Part shown: in pieces, positions 40,198 to 48,748 of the stretch | How positions within the stretch are numbered: the first letter of the stretch is position 1 | How the letters are laid out: each line of letters begins with the position of its first letter | Origin: a virus | Length of the DNA stretch: 64,000 bases | Virus record (IMG/VR): IMGVR_UViG_3300010259_000001 | Span: 1 to 64,000 of that record | Direction: 5' to 3' (one strand) | Notes under the pieces: model-generated | Seen by the model: the letters and a program-made list of their open reading frames with translations, nothing else | Databases searched by the model: none | What the model was told of the DNA's origin: nothing | Position numbers and translations under genes: made by a program

Positions 40198-40351
40198 CAT
40201 CAAAGCAATCATCGGTTTTCTCGATGATGCGGCAACGCTCGTTGATGAGGAATGCCAACGGCGAAGCCATCAGAAACGCGGCTACCTGCTGATGCTCAAC
40301 AAGGCAAGGCTCATGCGACTAATGAAACAGAAACTTGAACGTAAATTATAA
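40172..40351 (+). CDS. Possible small protein (59 aa)
   Basis: ATG ORF below the track cutoff (MTMEICKTDIKAIIGFLDDAATLVDEECQRR...KQKLERKL). It fills the otherwise empty 174-bp gap before the HU gene. Confidence 0.3.
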   Translation: MTMEICKTDIKAIIGFLDDAATLVDEECQRRSHQKRGYLLMLNKARLMRLMKQKLERKL

Positions 40352-40371
40352 ACTCTAAAAATTAAAAAGTT

Positions 40372-40671
40372 ATGACAAAAAGGGAAATCGCCAAGGAACT
40401 GGCTAATCGTTCCAACCTCACCCCATCACAGGCTACTCACGCTGTCGAGGGTATCATCGAGATTATTGCGGACGCACTCGCCAAGGATGAACCAATCCTG
40501 CTGCGTGGCTTCGGCACTATCAAGACAGTGCAGCGTGCAGCCAAGCCAGCACGAAACATCAGCAAAGGCACAACGATGATGCTGCCACCTACCAAGCAAG
40601 TGAAATTCATTGCCTACAACGAACTTAAAGAACGTATCAACCATCATGGACGTTACGCAATTCTTCCGTAA
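40372..40671 (+). CDS. hup: HU/IHF-family DNA-binding protein
   Basis: 99 aa. MTKREIAKELA...LTPSQATHAVEGIIEIIADALAKDEPILLRGFGTIKTVQRAAKPARN... is a classic HU pattern. Confidence 0.9.
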   Translation: MTKREIAKELANRSNLTPSQATHAVEGIIEIIADALAKDEPILLRGFGTIKTVQRAAKPARNISKGTTMMLPPTKQVKFIAYNELKERINHHGRYAILP

Positions 40672-40996
40672 GGGAAACAACAAGTACCATGCGCAGAAAT
40701 CGGGTGGCTATGCCTCGCGCAAGGAACACAGACGCGCCAACGAATTGCGGCTGATGCAACGTGCTGGGCTTATCTCCAACCTGCGTGAACAGGTTTCCTA
40801 CGAAATCATACCGGCACATCATGGTGCCGATGGCAAAGTGCTTGAACGTGCCTGTAACTACATCGCTGATTTTGTCTATACCGACAAGGACGGAAAGACT
40901 GTGGTTGAGGACACAAAGGGAATGCGAACTGATGTGTACCGCATCAAACGCAAACTGATGTTACATGTTCATGGCATAAGAATTACAGAACGATAA
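40646..40996 (+). CDS. DUF1064-like protein (putative Holliday-junction resolvase-like)
   Basis: ATG at 40646. ...KYHAQKSGGYASRKEHRRANELRLMQRAGLISNLREQVSYEI...YIADFVYTDKDGKTVVEDTKG...YRIKRKLM is the DUF1064 pattern. Confidence 0.6.
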   Translation: MDVTQFFRKGNNKYHAQKSGGYASRKEHRRANELRLMQRAGLISNLREQVSYEIIPAHHGADGKVLERACNYIADFVYTDKDGKTVVEDTKGMRTDVYRIKRKLMLHVHGIRITER

Positions 40997-41008
40997 ATAC
41001 TTGACGAT

Positions 41009-41785
41009 ATGGCTACGCGGCAAATAAAATCTACAAATTATTTCTCCCACGATAGTAATGCACGCAACGACGAGAAACTGGTGCGACTGCGCATGAAGCA
41101 AGGGGCAGCAGGGTATGGCGTGTATTTCATGATACTGGAACGGTTGAGGGAGGAAGCCGACTACATGAGTGCCAAAGATTATAACATGATAGCCTTTGAC
41201 CTTCGTGTGGATGCAGCCATTGTCAAGTCTGTTGTTGAGGACTTCGGGCTATTTACCTTTACCGATGATGGTAAGTGTTTCTATTCGGAAAGTTTCACTC
41301 GACGTATGGACATCAAGGACACACTGCGCCGTCAGCGTTCTGAGGGTGGTAAGATTGGTATGAAAAACCGCTGGAAAAAAGAACAGGGGAAACAGGACAA
41401 AGAAGTTAAGCCACAACCGAAAGCGGCTTCTGCGCCAACTCCAAAACCTGCGCCAACGACACAACCAGCCGACAACCAAGCCTGTCTCAAACGCTTCTTT
41501 GGCAAAGAGAACGCCAGTAACCTTGAAGTGTTGCTAATGAACTTCGGACTGAAACCCGACGACATTACAATGATACGCAAGGTAGCAAAGGAGGTTGTCG
41601 CTGAATGGGAGATTTCCAAGAAAGAACATACCGACTACACCGACTGGTCTCAACATCTTATCGCCACAATGCGCATTAAGGTTAAAGACAAGCAACAGGC
41701 AAAGGGCAAGACCTCCATAGAAACAGAACCGCCATCAACTGCAGACTATCAGTATGACGGTGGTTTTGGAAGCAAAGATGTATAA
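41009..41785 (+). CDS. Replication initiation protein (DUF4373 / DnaD-like)
   Basis: 258 aa. The N-terminus NYFSHDSNARNDEKLVRLRMKQGAAGYGVYFMILERL matches the DUF4373 pattern. Confidence 0.65.
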   Translation: MATRQIKSTNYFSHDSNARNDEKLVRLRMKQGAAGYGVYFMILERLREEADYMSAKDYNMIAFDLRVDAAIVKSVVEDFGLFTFTDDGKCFYSESFTRRMDIKDTLRRQRSEGGKIGMKNRWKKEQGKQDKEVKPQPKAASAPTPKPAPTTQPADNQACLKRFFGKENASNLEVLLMNFGLKPDDITMIRKVAKEVVAEWEISKKEHTDYTDWSQHLIATMRIKVKDKQQAKGKTSIETEPPSTADYQYDGGFGSKDV

Positions 41786-42596
41786 CCCTCTAACGACTAT
41801 GACAATGGAAGATAAACAAATGACAGAGGAGCAAAAGCGTGAAGCGGAAAAGAAAGCTGCTCTCGCACGGATGCACATCAGTACACTCAATCAATGCGTG
41901 GAACGTGCATGGAAAAAGATGCAGCAGGAAAAAGAGAAGTCACAAGACCTTTCCATCAAGGAAGTATTTGACGCTCATGCCAAAACGCTCATGTGGGTGG
42001 CAAACAACGTAGTGTTGGCTCACCAGCGACGCAAGTTTGTTGTTGACGAAAACAACCGGGACGTGCTACGCTTCTTGCTCTACTACTTCAACGGCTGTTC
42101 GCTTGCTGAAGACGTGTTCCCCGGACGTGGCTATAAACTGCACAAGCACATTATGTTGCAAGGGGCTGTCGGAACTGGTAAGACATTGCTCATGCAAGTG
42201 TTCTCCGAATACCTCCACATCACAGAAAACCCGCGTTTCTTCCATAACCTTTCCGTAACACAGATGGTAAACTACTACACGCTGCATAACAACCTTGACC
42301 GTTACACTTTCAATGAGGAGGAAAACAAGGGGTTCAAGTGCGAGCCTGTAAACATCTGCCTCAACGACATCGGCGTACAATCCACCAAGTTCTACGGCAC
42401 GGACACCGAAACACTCACTAACGAGTTTCTTCATGCTCGCAACGAGATTTGGACGCAATACAACAAAATGGCACATCTTACAACCAACCTCACTAACGAG
42501 CAACTGAAACAGAAGTACAGGGATGGCTTCGGGCGACTGCTCGACCGCTTCAAGACCTACAACATCATCCCACTCACAGGGGATAGCCGAAGATAA
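41778..42596 (+). CDS. DnaC/IstB-like AAA+ helicase loader
   Basis: Walker A LQGAVGTGKTLL and Walker B-like VNICLNDIG. The start is uncertain: ATGs at 41754, 41778 and about 41799. Confidence 0.65.
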   Translation: MYNPLTTMTMEDKQMTEEQKREAEKKAALARMHISTLNQCVERAWKKMQQEKEKSQDLSIKEVFDAHAKTLMWVANNVVLAHQRRKFVVDENNRDVLRFLLYYFNGCSLAEDVFPGRGYKLHKHIMLQGAVGTGKTLLMQVFSEYLHITENPRFFHNLSVTQMVNYYTLHNNLDRYTFNEEENKGFKCEPVNICLNDIGVQSTKFYGTDTETLTNEFLHARNEIWTQYNKMAHLTTNLTNEQLKQKYRDGFGRLLDRFKTYNIIPLTGDSRR

Positions 42597-42630
42597 TTCA
42601 CTTATTATTCACCAATAAAATCAAAACAGT

Positions 42631-42891
42631 ATGACAAAAGATTTCATTCCCGAACTCCAACCGCTGTTCTGCTCTCGCGCTTCACTGCTGCAAGCACAGG
42701 ACAAGTTGACGAACAATCCCGACACGGATTGTCAAATGCGCCTACGTTTCGCTGATGGCTCGGAAGTCGCGCTCAAAATCAAGCGTGCCGACATTGAGAA
42801 CATTATCACGGAACACATCGGCACTATTGAAACCAGCATACACAAAACGATGGACGAGATTGTAACAGAAGAAACAACCCAAAACCAGTAA
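42631..42891 (+). CDS. Hypothetical protein
   Basis: 86 aa, ATG start. Confidence 0.5.
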   Translation: MTKDFIPELQPLFCSRASLLQAQDKLTNNPDTDCQMRLRFADGSEVALKIKRADIENIITEHIGTIETSIHKTMDEIVTEETTQNQ

Positions 42892-42894
42892 GTC

Positions 42895-43332
42895 ATGAAC
42901 AGTTATTTTGAAGTCGGAGTCCGCTACGACAAGACAATGGAAGACGGTGTTATCCGCAAGGTAACAGAGAACTACCTTTTGGATGCTCTCTCTTTCACAG
43001 AAGCGGAAAAGCGTGCCACTGAGGAAATGGAAGCCTACATCAGCGGAGAGTTCAGAGTGGTAACAGAGAAAATTACCAACATCGCAGAGGTGGTTACTAC
43101 TGACGATGCGTCTGCAGATAAGTTCTACAAAGTTAAGCACAGCCTCATCACCATTGACGAGAAAACCGCCAAAGAGAAGAAGCAAGCGCAGTACATCATT
43201 ATCCAAGCATCCAGTGTTGATGATGCTCGCGACCGCTATAAGCAGCATATCAAAGGCTGGCTCGTTGACGTGGTACTGGAGGCTGTCAGCGAAACGAAGT
43301 ACATGGATTATTTCCCTTATAACAACAATTAA
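42895..43332 (+). CDS. DUF4494-like protein (Bacteroidota-specific family)
   Basis: MNSYFEVGVRYDKTMEDGVIRKVTENYLLDALSFTEAEKRATEEMEAYISGEF... matches my memory of the DUF4494 N-terminal pattern. Confidence 0.55.
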   Translation: MNSYFEVGVRYDKTMEDGVIRKVTENYLLDALSFTEAEKRATEEMEAYISGEFRVVTEKITNIAEVVTTDDASADKFYKVKHSLITIDEKTAKEKKQAQYIIIQASSVDDARDRYKQHIKGWLVDVVLEAVSETKYMDYFPYNNN

Positions 43333-43345
43333 AAATCAAAAGACA

Positions 43346-43924
43346 ATGAAAAAGTACATTGGAACAAAGGCCATCATGGCTAAGCCGATGGCAAAGAGTG
43401 AAGCAGAGAAAGTGTTGAACCGCAGCCTTGCTGACGCAAAGGGTGGCGAAGACGGCTACCTCGTCGAGTACCCGGACGGCTACAAGTCATGGTCGCCCAA
43501 AGAGACGTTTGAGGAGGCTTACAAGGTTGCTGACACATACCTCGACCGTATGCGTATTGAGTATGCAGATGTCAAGGATCGCGTTTTGAAACTGCACACG
43601 TTCCTGATGTCTGAGGAGTTCAGAGCATTGCCCAAAGAGAAACAGGCAAAGTTGCAAGCCCAGTGTGGCGCAATGTCCGCCTATGTCGAAATTCTCGGTC
43701 AGCGTATCGACGAGGCTAAGATGGAACAGAAACAACAGGAGGCTGCACAAGCTGCTGCCGCTGCACAGGAGATGCGTGAAAGCCTTGTCGGTCTCACTAT
43801 CGTAGAGGCTGGTAAGTGTGACTTCTGCCCAAGCGAGACAACCAACTGCAAGAAACTTATCCTTGCCGACGGCTCGCACATCTGCGTGAAAGACATGACT
43901 AAACAACCCTCTAAAGCACAGTAA
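43346..43924 (+). CDS. Hypothetical protein with an N4-gp49/Sf6-gp66-like N-terminal domain
   Basis: ATG at 43346. Contains ...DGYLVEYPDGYKSWSPKETFEEAYK.... The C-terminal part has an Ala/Gln-rich helix and a Cys cluster. Confidence 0.45.
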   Translation: MKKYIGTKAIMAKPMAKSEAEKVLNRSLADAKGGEDGYLVEYPDGYKSWSPKETFEEAYKVADTYLDRMRIEYADVKDRVLKLHTFLMSEEFRALPKEKQAKLQAQCGAMSAYVEILGQRIDEAKMEQKQQEAAQAAAAAQEMRESLVGLTIVEAGKCDFCPSETTNCKKLILADGSHICVKDMTKQPSKAQ

Positions 43925-43926
43925 CC

Positions 43927-44547
43927 ATGAGTAAACAAATAACTATCCCTGTTCCCGACGGCAAACGTGCCGAGTGGATTAACGGTGTCCTCACTCTTGT
44001 TGACGAGCAGAAAGTAGATAACCGTCCTGTAACAGAACGTATCAAGACGTTTGATGATGCCTGCAATGCGCTGGGCGATGAGCATCCGCTTGTCACACAA
44101 TACCGTCTTACTGCTGCCGCATACAAAGGCGACCCCATGACGGAAGATTTCATTGCCTACCTCAAACTCCGTATCATCGTTGCTGCTCTCAATGAGGGAT
44201 GGGAACCGAAGTTCACAGAAGATGAGTACAGATACTTCCCTTGGTTCTACTTCTATACCAAAGAGGAGTGCGACAAGTTAGACGACAAGGAAAAAGGGCG
44301 TTGTGTTCTTCGCTCCGGCGACAGCGCGAACTCGGACTACGGCTTCGTGGGCTGCGGCGCGATTAACGGTGCTTCGTTCTCGAGTGCCAGCGGCGGCTCG
44401 CGGCTTGCCTTCAGAACTCGTGAACTCGCAGCCTACGCAGGTAGGCAATTCATCGAGGAATGGGCTGACTTTATGTTTAAGCCTCGCACTGGCGAGGAGT
44501 TAAACGGAAAGTCAGAAGCAGCGAAAACCACCATCGACTTCAAATGA
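43927..44547 (+). CDS. DGR target protein 2 (small, no signal peptide; carries VR2)
   Basis: 206 aa. ...GRCVLRSGDSANSDYGFVGCGAINGASFSSASGGSRLAFR... is in frame with the TR AAY codons. About 45 aa follow the VR. Confidence 0.85.
   Translation: MSKQITIPVPDGKRAEWINGVLTLVDEQKVDNRPVTERIKTFDDACNALGDEHPLVTQYRLTAAAYKGDPMTEDFIAYLKLRIIVAALNEGWEPKFTEDEYRYFPWFYFYTKEECDKLDDKEKGRCVLRSGDSANSDYGFVGCGAINGASFSSASGGSRLAFRTRELAAYAGRQFIEEWADFMFKPRTGEELNGKSEAAKTTIDFK
44296..44409 (+). repeat. DGR variable repeat VR2
   Basis: 114-nt alignment to TR (minus strand of 57414-57527). I count 19 mismatches, all at TR adenines. The 3' flank GCCTTCAGA (44407-44415) is shared with VR1 but not with TR. Confidence 0.9.
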
Positions 44548-44741
44548 ATAACGGACGCTTACAATTCTTCAACCTTGTAAAGGCTATGCGTGAGGCGCAA
44601 AGGGAATACTTCTCTACGCGCTCTCACGAAGCCTTACAAAAGGCTCGCTCACTTGAACGTAGTGTAGATGCCTACATCAAGCGTGGCGACGATTATCTTA
44701 AAAAACAAAATCAAGAACCAACTTTATTCGATAATGACTGA
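44544..44741 (+). CDS. Hypothetical small protein
   Basis: 65 aa. ATGA overlap with the upstream stop. Confidence 0.45.
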   Translation: MNNGRLQFFNLVKAMREAQREYFSTRSHEALQKARSLERSVDAYIKRGDDYLKKQNQEPTLFDND

Positions 44742-46416
44742 TAATATTAAACTACTATATATAGACCTGTTCTGTGGGGCTGGCGGCACCAGTACAGGTG
44801 TTGAAAAGGCAACCTTTCACGGTAGTAAGTGCGCCAAGGTCATTGCCTGTGTCAATCACGATGCCAACGCTATAGCATCCCACGCTGCCAACCATCCCGA
44901 TGCACTCCACTTCACGGAGGACATTCGTACACTTGAACTATCTCCACTCGTTGCGCACACAGAACGCTTGCGCCTACTTCATCCCGATGCTTACCTGGTA
45001 CTATGGGCCAGCCTTGAATGTACCAACTTCAGCAAAGCAAAGGGAGGGATGCCACGCGATGCAGACAGCCGTACACTTGCAGAACATTTGTTCCGATACA
45101 TCGAGGCTCTGCGTCCCGACTACATTCAGATTGAAAACGTGGAGGAATTTATGTCATGGGGCGACATGGACGAGAACGGACACCCTATCAGCAAGGACAA
45201 AGGAAAGTCGTATGTTCGTTGGGTGAACAACGTCTGCAAATATGGCTATTACTTCGACTGGCGCATACTCAATGCTGCGGACTATGGTGCATACACCAGT
45301 CGTAAGCGTTTTTTCGGGCAGTTTGCCCTGCATGGTCTGCCTATCGCTTTCCCCAAAGCCACACATGCCAAATGCCCTGCAAAGTATGAGCATAGCCTGT
45401 TCCCTGCCGACAACATGCAGCCTTGGAAGCCTGTGCGCGAAGTCCTCGACCTCAACGACGAGGGAGAAAGCATCTTCGGGCGCAAGAAACCGCTTGTCGA
45501 GAAAACACTGGAGCGTATCTATGCTGGGCTGATAAAGTTTGTTGCTGGCGGCAAGGAGGCTTTCATCGTGAAGTGGAACAGCGTCAACGGAAAGACAGGC
45601 AAGTATGTACCGCCAAGCATCGACGAACCTTGCCCTACTGTTGCGACACAGAACCGCCTCGGCGTGGCAAAGGTACAGTTCCTAAGCAAACAATTCGGTG
45701 GCGACCCAGCAGGAAAGAACATCAGCGTAGAAGAACCTGCTGGCACAATCACTTGCCGTGACCACCACGCATTTGTATCGGCTCACAATGGTAATGGCTA
45801 CAACACTTCTGTAGATGCTCCTGCGCCTACGCTTACGTGTAAAGACCGCCTCGGACTGGTAACAAGCAACTTTCTTGAAATGCAATACGGCAACGGCACA
45901 CCTGCAAGCACTGACGAACCGGCACCAGCCGTAACCACCAATCCAAAGCATAATCTTGTCAGCGTGAAGCCGTGGATAATGAACACCAACTATGGCAATG
46001 TAGGAAGTTCCATCGACGAGCCATCACAGACGATAACGGCAAACAGGAAGTGGCACTATCTTATGAACCCACAATTTGCCAACAAAGGAGGCAGCATCGA
46101 CAAGCCTTGCTTCACGCTCATTGCCCGGATGGATAAGATGCCGCCGTATCTTGTCAGCACAAAGGAGGGGCTTACCATTGAGGTTTACGAGACTGACAGT
46201 CCTGCAACCATACAAATCAAGGAGTTTATGGCTCTCTATTGTATTGCAGACATTCGTATGCGTATGCTTCGTATTCCCGAACTAAAACGTATCATGGGCT
46301 TTCCCGAAGATTACACGCTCATTGGCACACAGGCAGAGCAAAAGAAGTTCATCGGCAATGCCGTTGAGGTGAACATGGCACGTGTCCTTTGCGAAGCTCT
46401 TTGCAAAAAACTATAA
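44734..46416 (+). CDS. dcm: DNA (cytosine-5)-methyltransferase
   Basis: Motif I LYIDLFCGAGGTSTG, catalytic-Cys motif ASLECTNFSKAKGG, motif VI IENVEEF, plus RKRFF and GNAVEV (motif X). ATG at 44734. Confidence 0.9.
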   Translation: MTDNIKLLYIDLFCGAGGTSTGVEKATFHGSKCAKVIACVNHDANAIASHAANHPDALHFTEDIRTLELSPLVAHTERLRLLHPDAYLVLWASLECTNFSKAKGGMPRDADSRTLAEHLFRYIEALRPDYIQIENVEEFMSWGDMDENGHPISKDKGKSYVRWVNNVCKYGYYFDWRILNAADYGAYTSRKRFFGQFALHGLPIAFPKATHAKCPAKYEHSLFPADNMQPWKPVREVLDLNDEGESIFGRKKPLVEKTLERIYAGLIKFVAGGKEAFIVKWNSVNGKTGKYVPPSIDEPCPTVATQNRLGVAKVQFLSKQFGGDPAGKNISVEEPAGTITCRDHHAFVSAHNGNGYNTSVDAPAPTLTCKDRLGLVTSNFLEMQYGNGTPASTDEPAPAVTTNPKHNLVSVKPWIMNTNYGNVGSSIDEPSQTITANRKWHYLMNPQFANKGGSIDKPCFTLIARMDKMPPYLVSTKEGLTIEVYETDSPATIQIKEFMALYCIADIRMRMLRIPELKRIMGFPEDYTLIGTQAEQKKFIGNAVEVNMARVLCEALCKKL

Positions 46417-46420
46417 GAAT

Positions 46421-47386
46421 ATGGAAATAGAAATCAACACCACCTATAACATGGATTGCCTAAAAGGGCTTCGGAATATGGCGGACAATTCTGTGGACTG
46501 CTGCATCACATCACCGCCTTATTTCGGACTCCGTGACTACTGTGTTGATGGGCAGATAGGTTTGGAGAAGTCGCCAAATGAGTATGTTTCAAAAATGGTT
46601 AAGGTTTTTCGTGAAGTGTATCGTGTACTGAAACCGACAGGCACATTGTGGCTGAATATCGGCGACTGCTATGCTGGAGGCAACAAAGGCGCGGCCGCTT
46701 ATCCCGATAACGCCAAGAAATATAAGCAGGGAACTAACAGGGGAACTGTTGGTAACAGGACTGCTTACAGGTATCAGACAACCTGTAAGGATAAAGATTT
46801 AATCGGTATTCCTTGGATGCTCGCTTTCGCTCTGCGTGATAAGGTTGGTTTCTATCTACGTCAAGATATAATATGGCACAAGCCAAACCCGATGCCGGAA
46901 AGTGTTCTTGACCGTTGCACAAAGGCACACGAATACATCTTCCTGTTCTCAAAGTCCAGTCGCTATTACTTCAACCATGAGGAAATGCAGGAGCAAGCGG
47001 TATGTGCTGCCGTTGAACGACAAGAGAACCCACCTCGCTATGGTGGCAATAAATACACGGCTACGCCCGACAAGTTCAACCGCACAAAAAGCGGTAATGC
47101 CTACGCCTATACAGGCAAGCGAAACAAACGTGACGTGTGGACTGTCAGCACTAAGCCCGAAAAGAGTGCGCACTTTGCAGCCTATCCGAAAGAACTGATT
47201 GAGCCTTGCGTCCTCGCTGGCTGTCCAAATGGCGGTGTCGTTCTTGACCCTTTTATGGGAACAGGCACTACGGCCATGGTAGCAAGAATGTACGGACGCA
47301 ACTTTATCGGCTTTGAACTAAATGCCGATTACATGAGTATCATCAACAAGAAAATTCAAGTAACACCAAATATGTTTTATCTATGA
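46421..47386 (+). CDS. DNA N4-cytosine or N6-adenine methyltransferase (beta class)
   Basis: Catalytic motif DCCITSPPYFGLRDY near the N-terminus and SAM motif VLDPFMGTGTT near the C-terminus. SPPY favours an N4-cytosine enzyme but is not decisive. Confidence 0.85.
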   Translation: MEIEINTTYNMDCLKGLRNMADNSVDCCITSPPYFGLRDYCVDGQIGLEKSPNEYVSKMVKVFREVYRVLKPTGTLWLNIGDCYAGGNKGAAAYPDNAKKYKQGTNRGTVGNRTAYRYQTTCKDKDLIGIPWMLAFALRDKVGFYLRQDIIWHKPNPMPESVLDRCTKAHEYIFLFSKSSRYYFNHEEMQEQAVCAAVERQENPPRYGGNKYTATPDKFNRTKSGNAYAYTGKRNKRDVWTVSTKPEKSAHFAAYPKELIEPCVLAGCPNGGVVLDPFMGTGTTAMVARMYGRNFIGFELNADYMSIINKKIQVTPNMFYL

Positions 47387-47835
47387 AAACCTATTATCTT
47401 ACATTATCAAAAGTATTCCCATCTACCCATGCCAAGGCAGGTATGAATACATGCTTTGAGGAGAAACTTCGCGTATATAAGTTGCACACCATCAGAGCAA
47501 ATTATGAGTATTGGAAGAAACGCTTTGAGCAAATTGCCGCTGGCGAGGCTTGCCTTTCCATCCGTCAGTGGGTTGGCAAACCTTATGGAAAAGGTTCTAC
47601 ACAACGAGAGATAGTCCGTCTTACTCGTGAAGATGGTATCGGCATACAGAAACTGAGAATTTATGAGCATGAGCCTTTCCCAGTTGTGTATGCTGATAGG
47701 TACACTACGCCTGTTGACTGGCAGGAACTCGCAAACAACGATGGGCTTTCTCTCAATGACTGGCGAGAGTGGTTCAAAGGTTACGACCTCACAAAGCCAA
47801 TGGCAATCATTCACTTTACACCATTCAGATATTAG
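47383..47835 (+). CDS. Hypothetical protein
   Basis: 150 aa. ATGA overlap with the methyltransferase stop. Confidence 0.5.
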   Translation: MKTYYLTLSKVFPSTHAKAGMNTCFEEKLRVYKLHTIRANYEYWKKRFEQIAAGEACLSIRQWVGKPYGKGSTQREIVRLTREDGIGIQKLRIYEHEPFPVVYADRYTTPVDWQELANNDGLSLNDWREWFKGYDLTKPMAIIHFTPFRY

Positions 47836-48024
47836 CATAATGGAAAAGTTTACCATTAAAGTTGACTTTTGTCAGACTGAAAGAGAAACTATAAAAGCAC
47901 GACCAGCGGCTGACATTCTTGCTGAATGGTAGGCAGATTATTATAGGAAACTTGGGGCTACTATCGTTTCTTATGGCTCTACACCGATAGAAGAAAAGAA
48001 TATAAGAATTAAACTCAAATCAAT

Positions 48025-48354
48025 ATGAAACTCTACATCGCAACACCTATCAATGCTCGGCAAGAGCCGACAATGCGCGAGAAATTTCTCTCGGCAAAAC
48101 ATCGTGTCGAAATGCTGAAAGAAATCCTTGCGGATGATGTTCAGTTCAAAGACTACGAACTGATAAGCACTTTCGACTTTAACAATATGTATGACGCGGA
48201 CGAAGAAAAGGCAATGTCACGGTGCATCTACCATGTCCTTACTTCAGATGCCATCTACCTTGACCACGGCTGGACTGCATCAAAAGGCTGCAACCTTGAA
48301 TACCGTACAGCCAAAATCTACAGCAAACAGATTTTTGAACATGATAAACTCTAA
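48025..48354 (+). CDS. DUF4406 / nucleoside 2-deoxyribosyltransferase-like protein
   Basis: MKLYIATPI... and ...SDAIYLDHGWTASKGCNLEYRTAKIY match the DUF4406 pattern (CDAIYML.GW..S.GA..E...A). Confidence 0.55.
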   Translation: MKLYIATPINARQEPTMREKFLSAKHRVEMLKEILADDVQFKDYELISTFDFNNMYDADEEKAMSRCIYHVLTSDAIYLDHGWTASKGCNLEYRTAKIYSKQIFEHDKL

Positions 48355-48359
48355 ACATT

Positions 48360-48689
48360 ATGGCACAAGAAAACATTCCCAACGTAACCTTTGACGAACT
48401 GGTCGTTGAAGTAGAGAAGTCCTTAAAGGACATGCACAAAGAACTGCGCCGTCAGCGCAACAAGTATGGCGCAGAGTACAATTACAAGAACAACTATGAG
48501 CAGCTTAACAGACGCTTCGGAGAAGACCCTCGCAAACTGATTGACGAGTACAATCTTATCCTCGATAAGAAGTCTAACCAGCCTGTTGCAGTCCGCGAAC
48601 CCATCAAAGCGATAGTTGCCACAGCCATTAACCGCCTCATCGCTGCCAAGATGAAAGAAGCAGAGGAAGCAGACAAATCCAAAACATAA
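48360..48689 (+). CDS. Hypothetical helical basic protein
   Basis: 109 aa, ATG start. Confidence 0.5.
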   Translation: MAQENIPNVTFDELVVEVEKSLKDMHKELRRQRNKYGAEYNYKNNYEQLNRRFGEDPRKLIDEYNLILDKKSNQPVAVREPIKAIVATAINRLIAAKMKEAEEADKSKT

Positions 48690-48713
48690 CAGGCGTTCAC
48701 GCCTAAACAACGC

Positions 48714-48721
48714 TACCTTTG
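48714..48721 (+). promoter_or_regulatory. Bacteroidota-type -7 box (TACCTTTG)
   Basis: Exact TAnnTTTG match 28 nt upstream of the ATG at 48749. The octamer is identical to the one upstream of the DGR TR. Confidence 0.4.
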
Positions 48722-48748
48722 CAAGCGTACCCATAAGCAAGTGATGTC

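Noticed and set aside
47840-47932. 30-aa ATG ORF (MEKFTIKVDFCQTERETIK...) in the 189-bp gap before 48025
   Set aside because: Too short to support without expression or conservation data.
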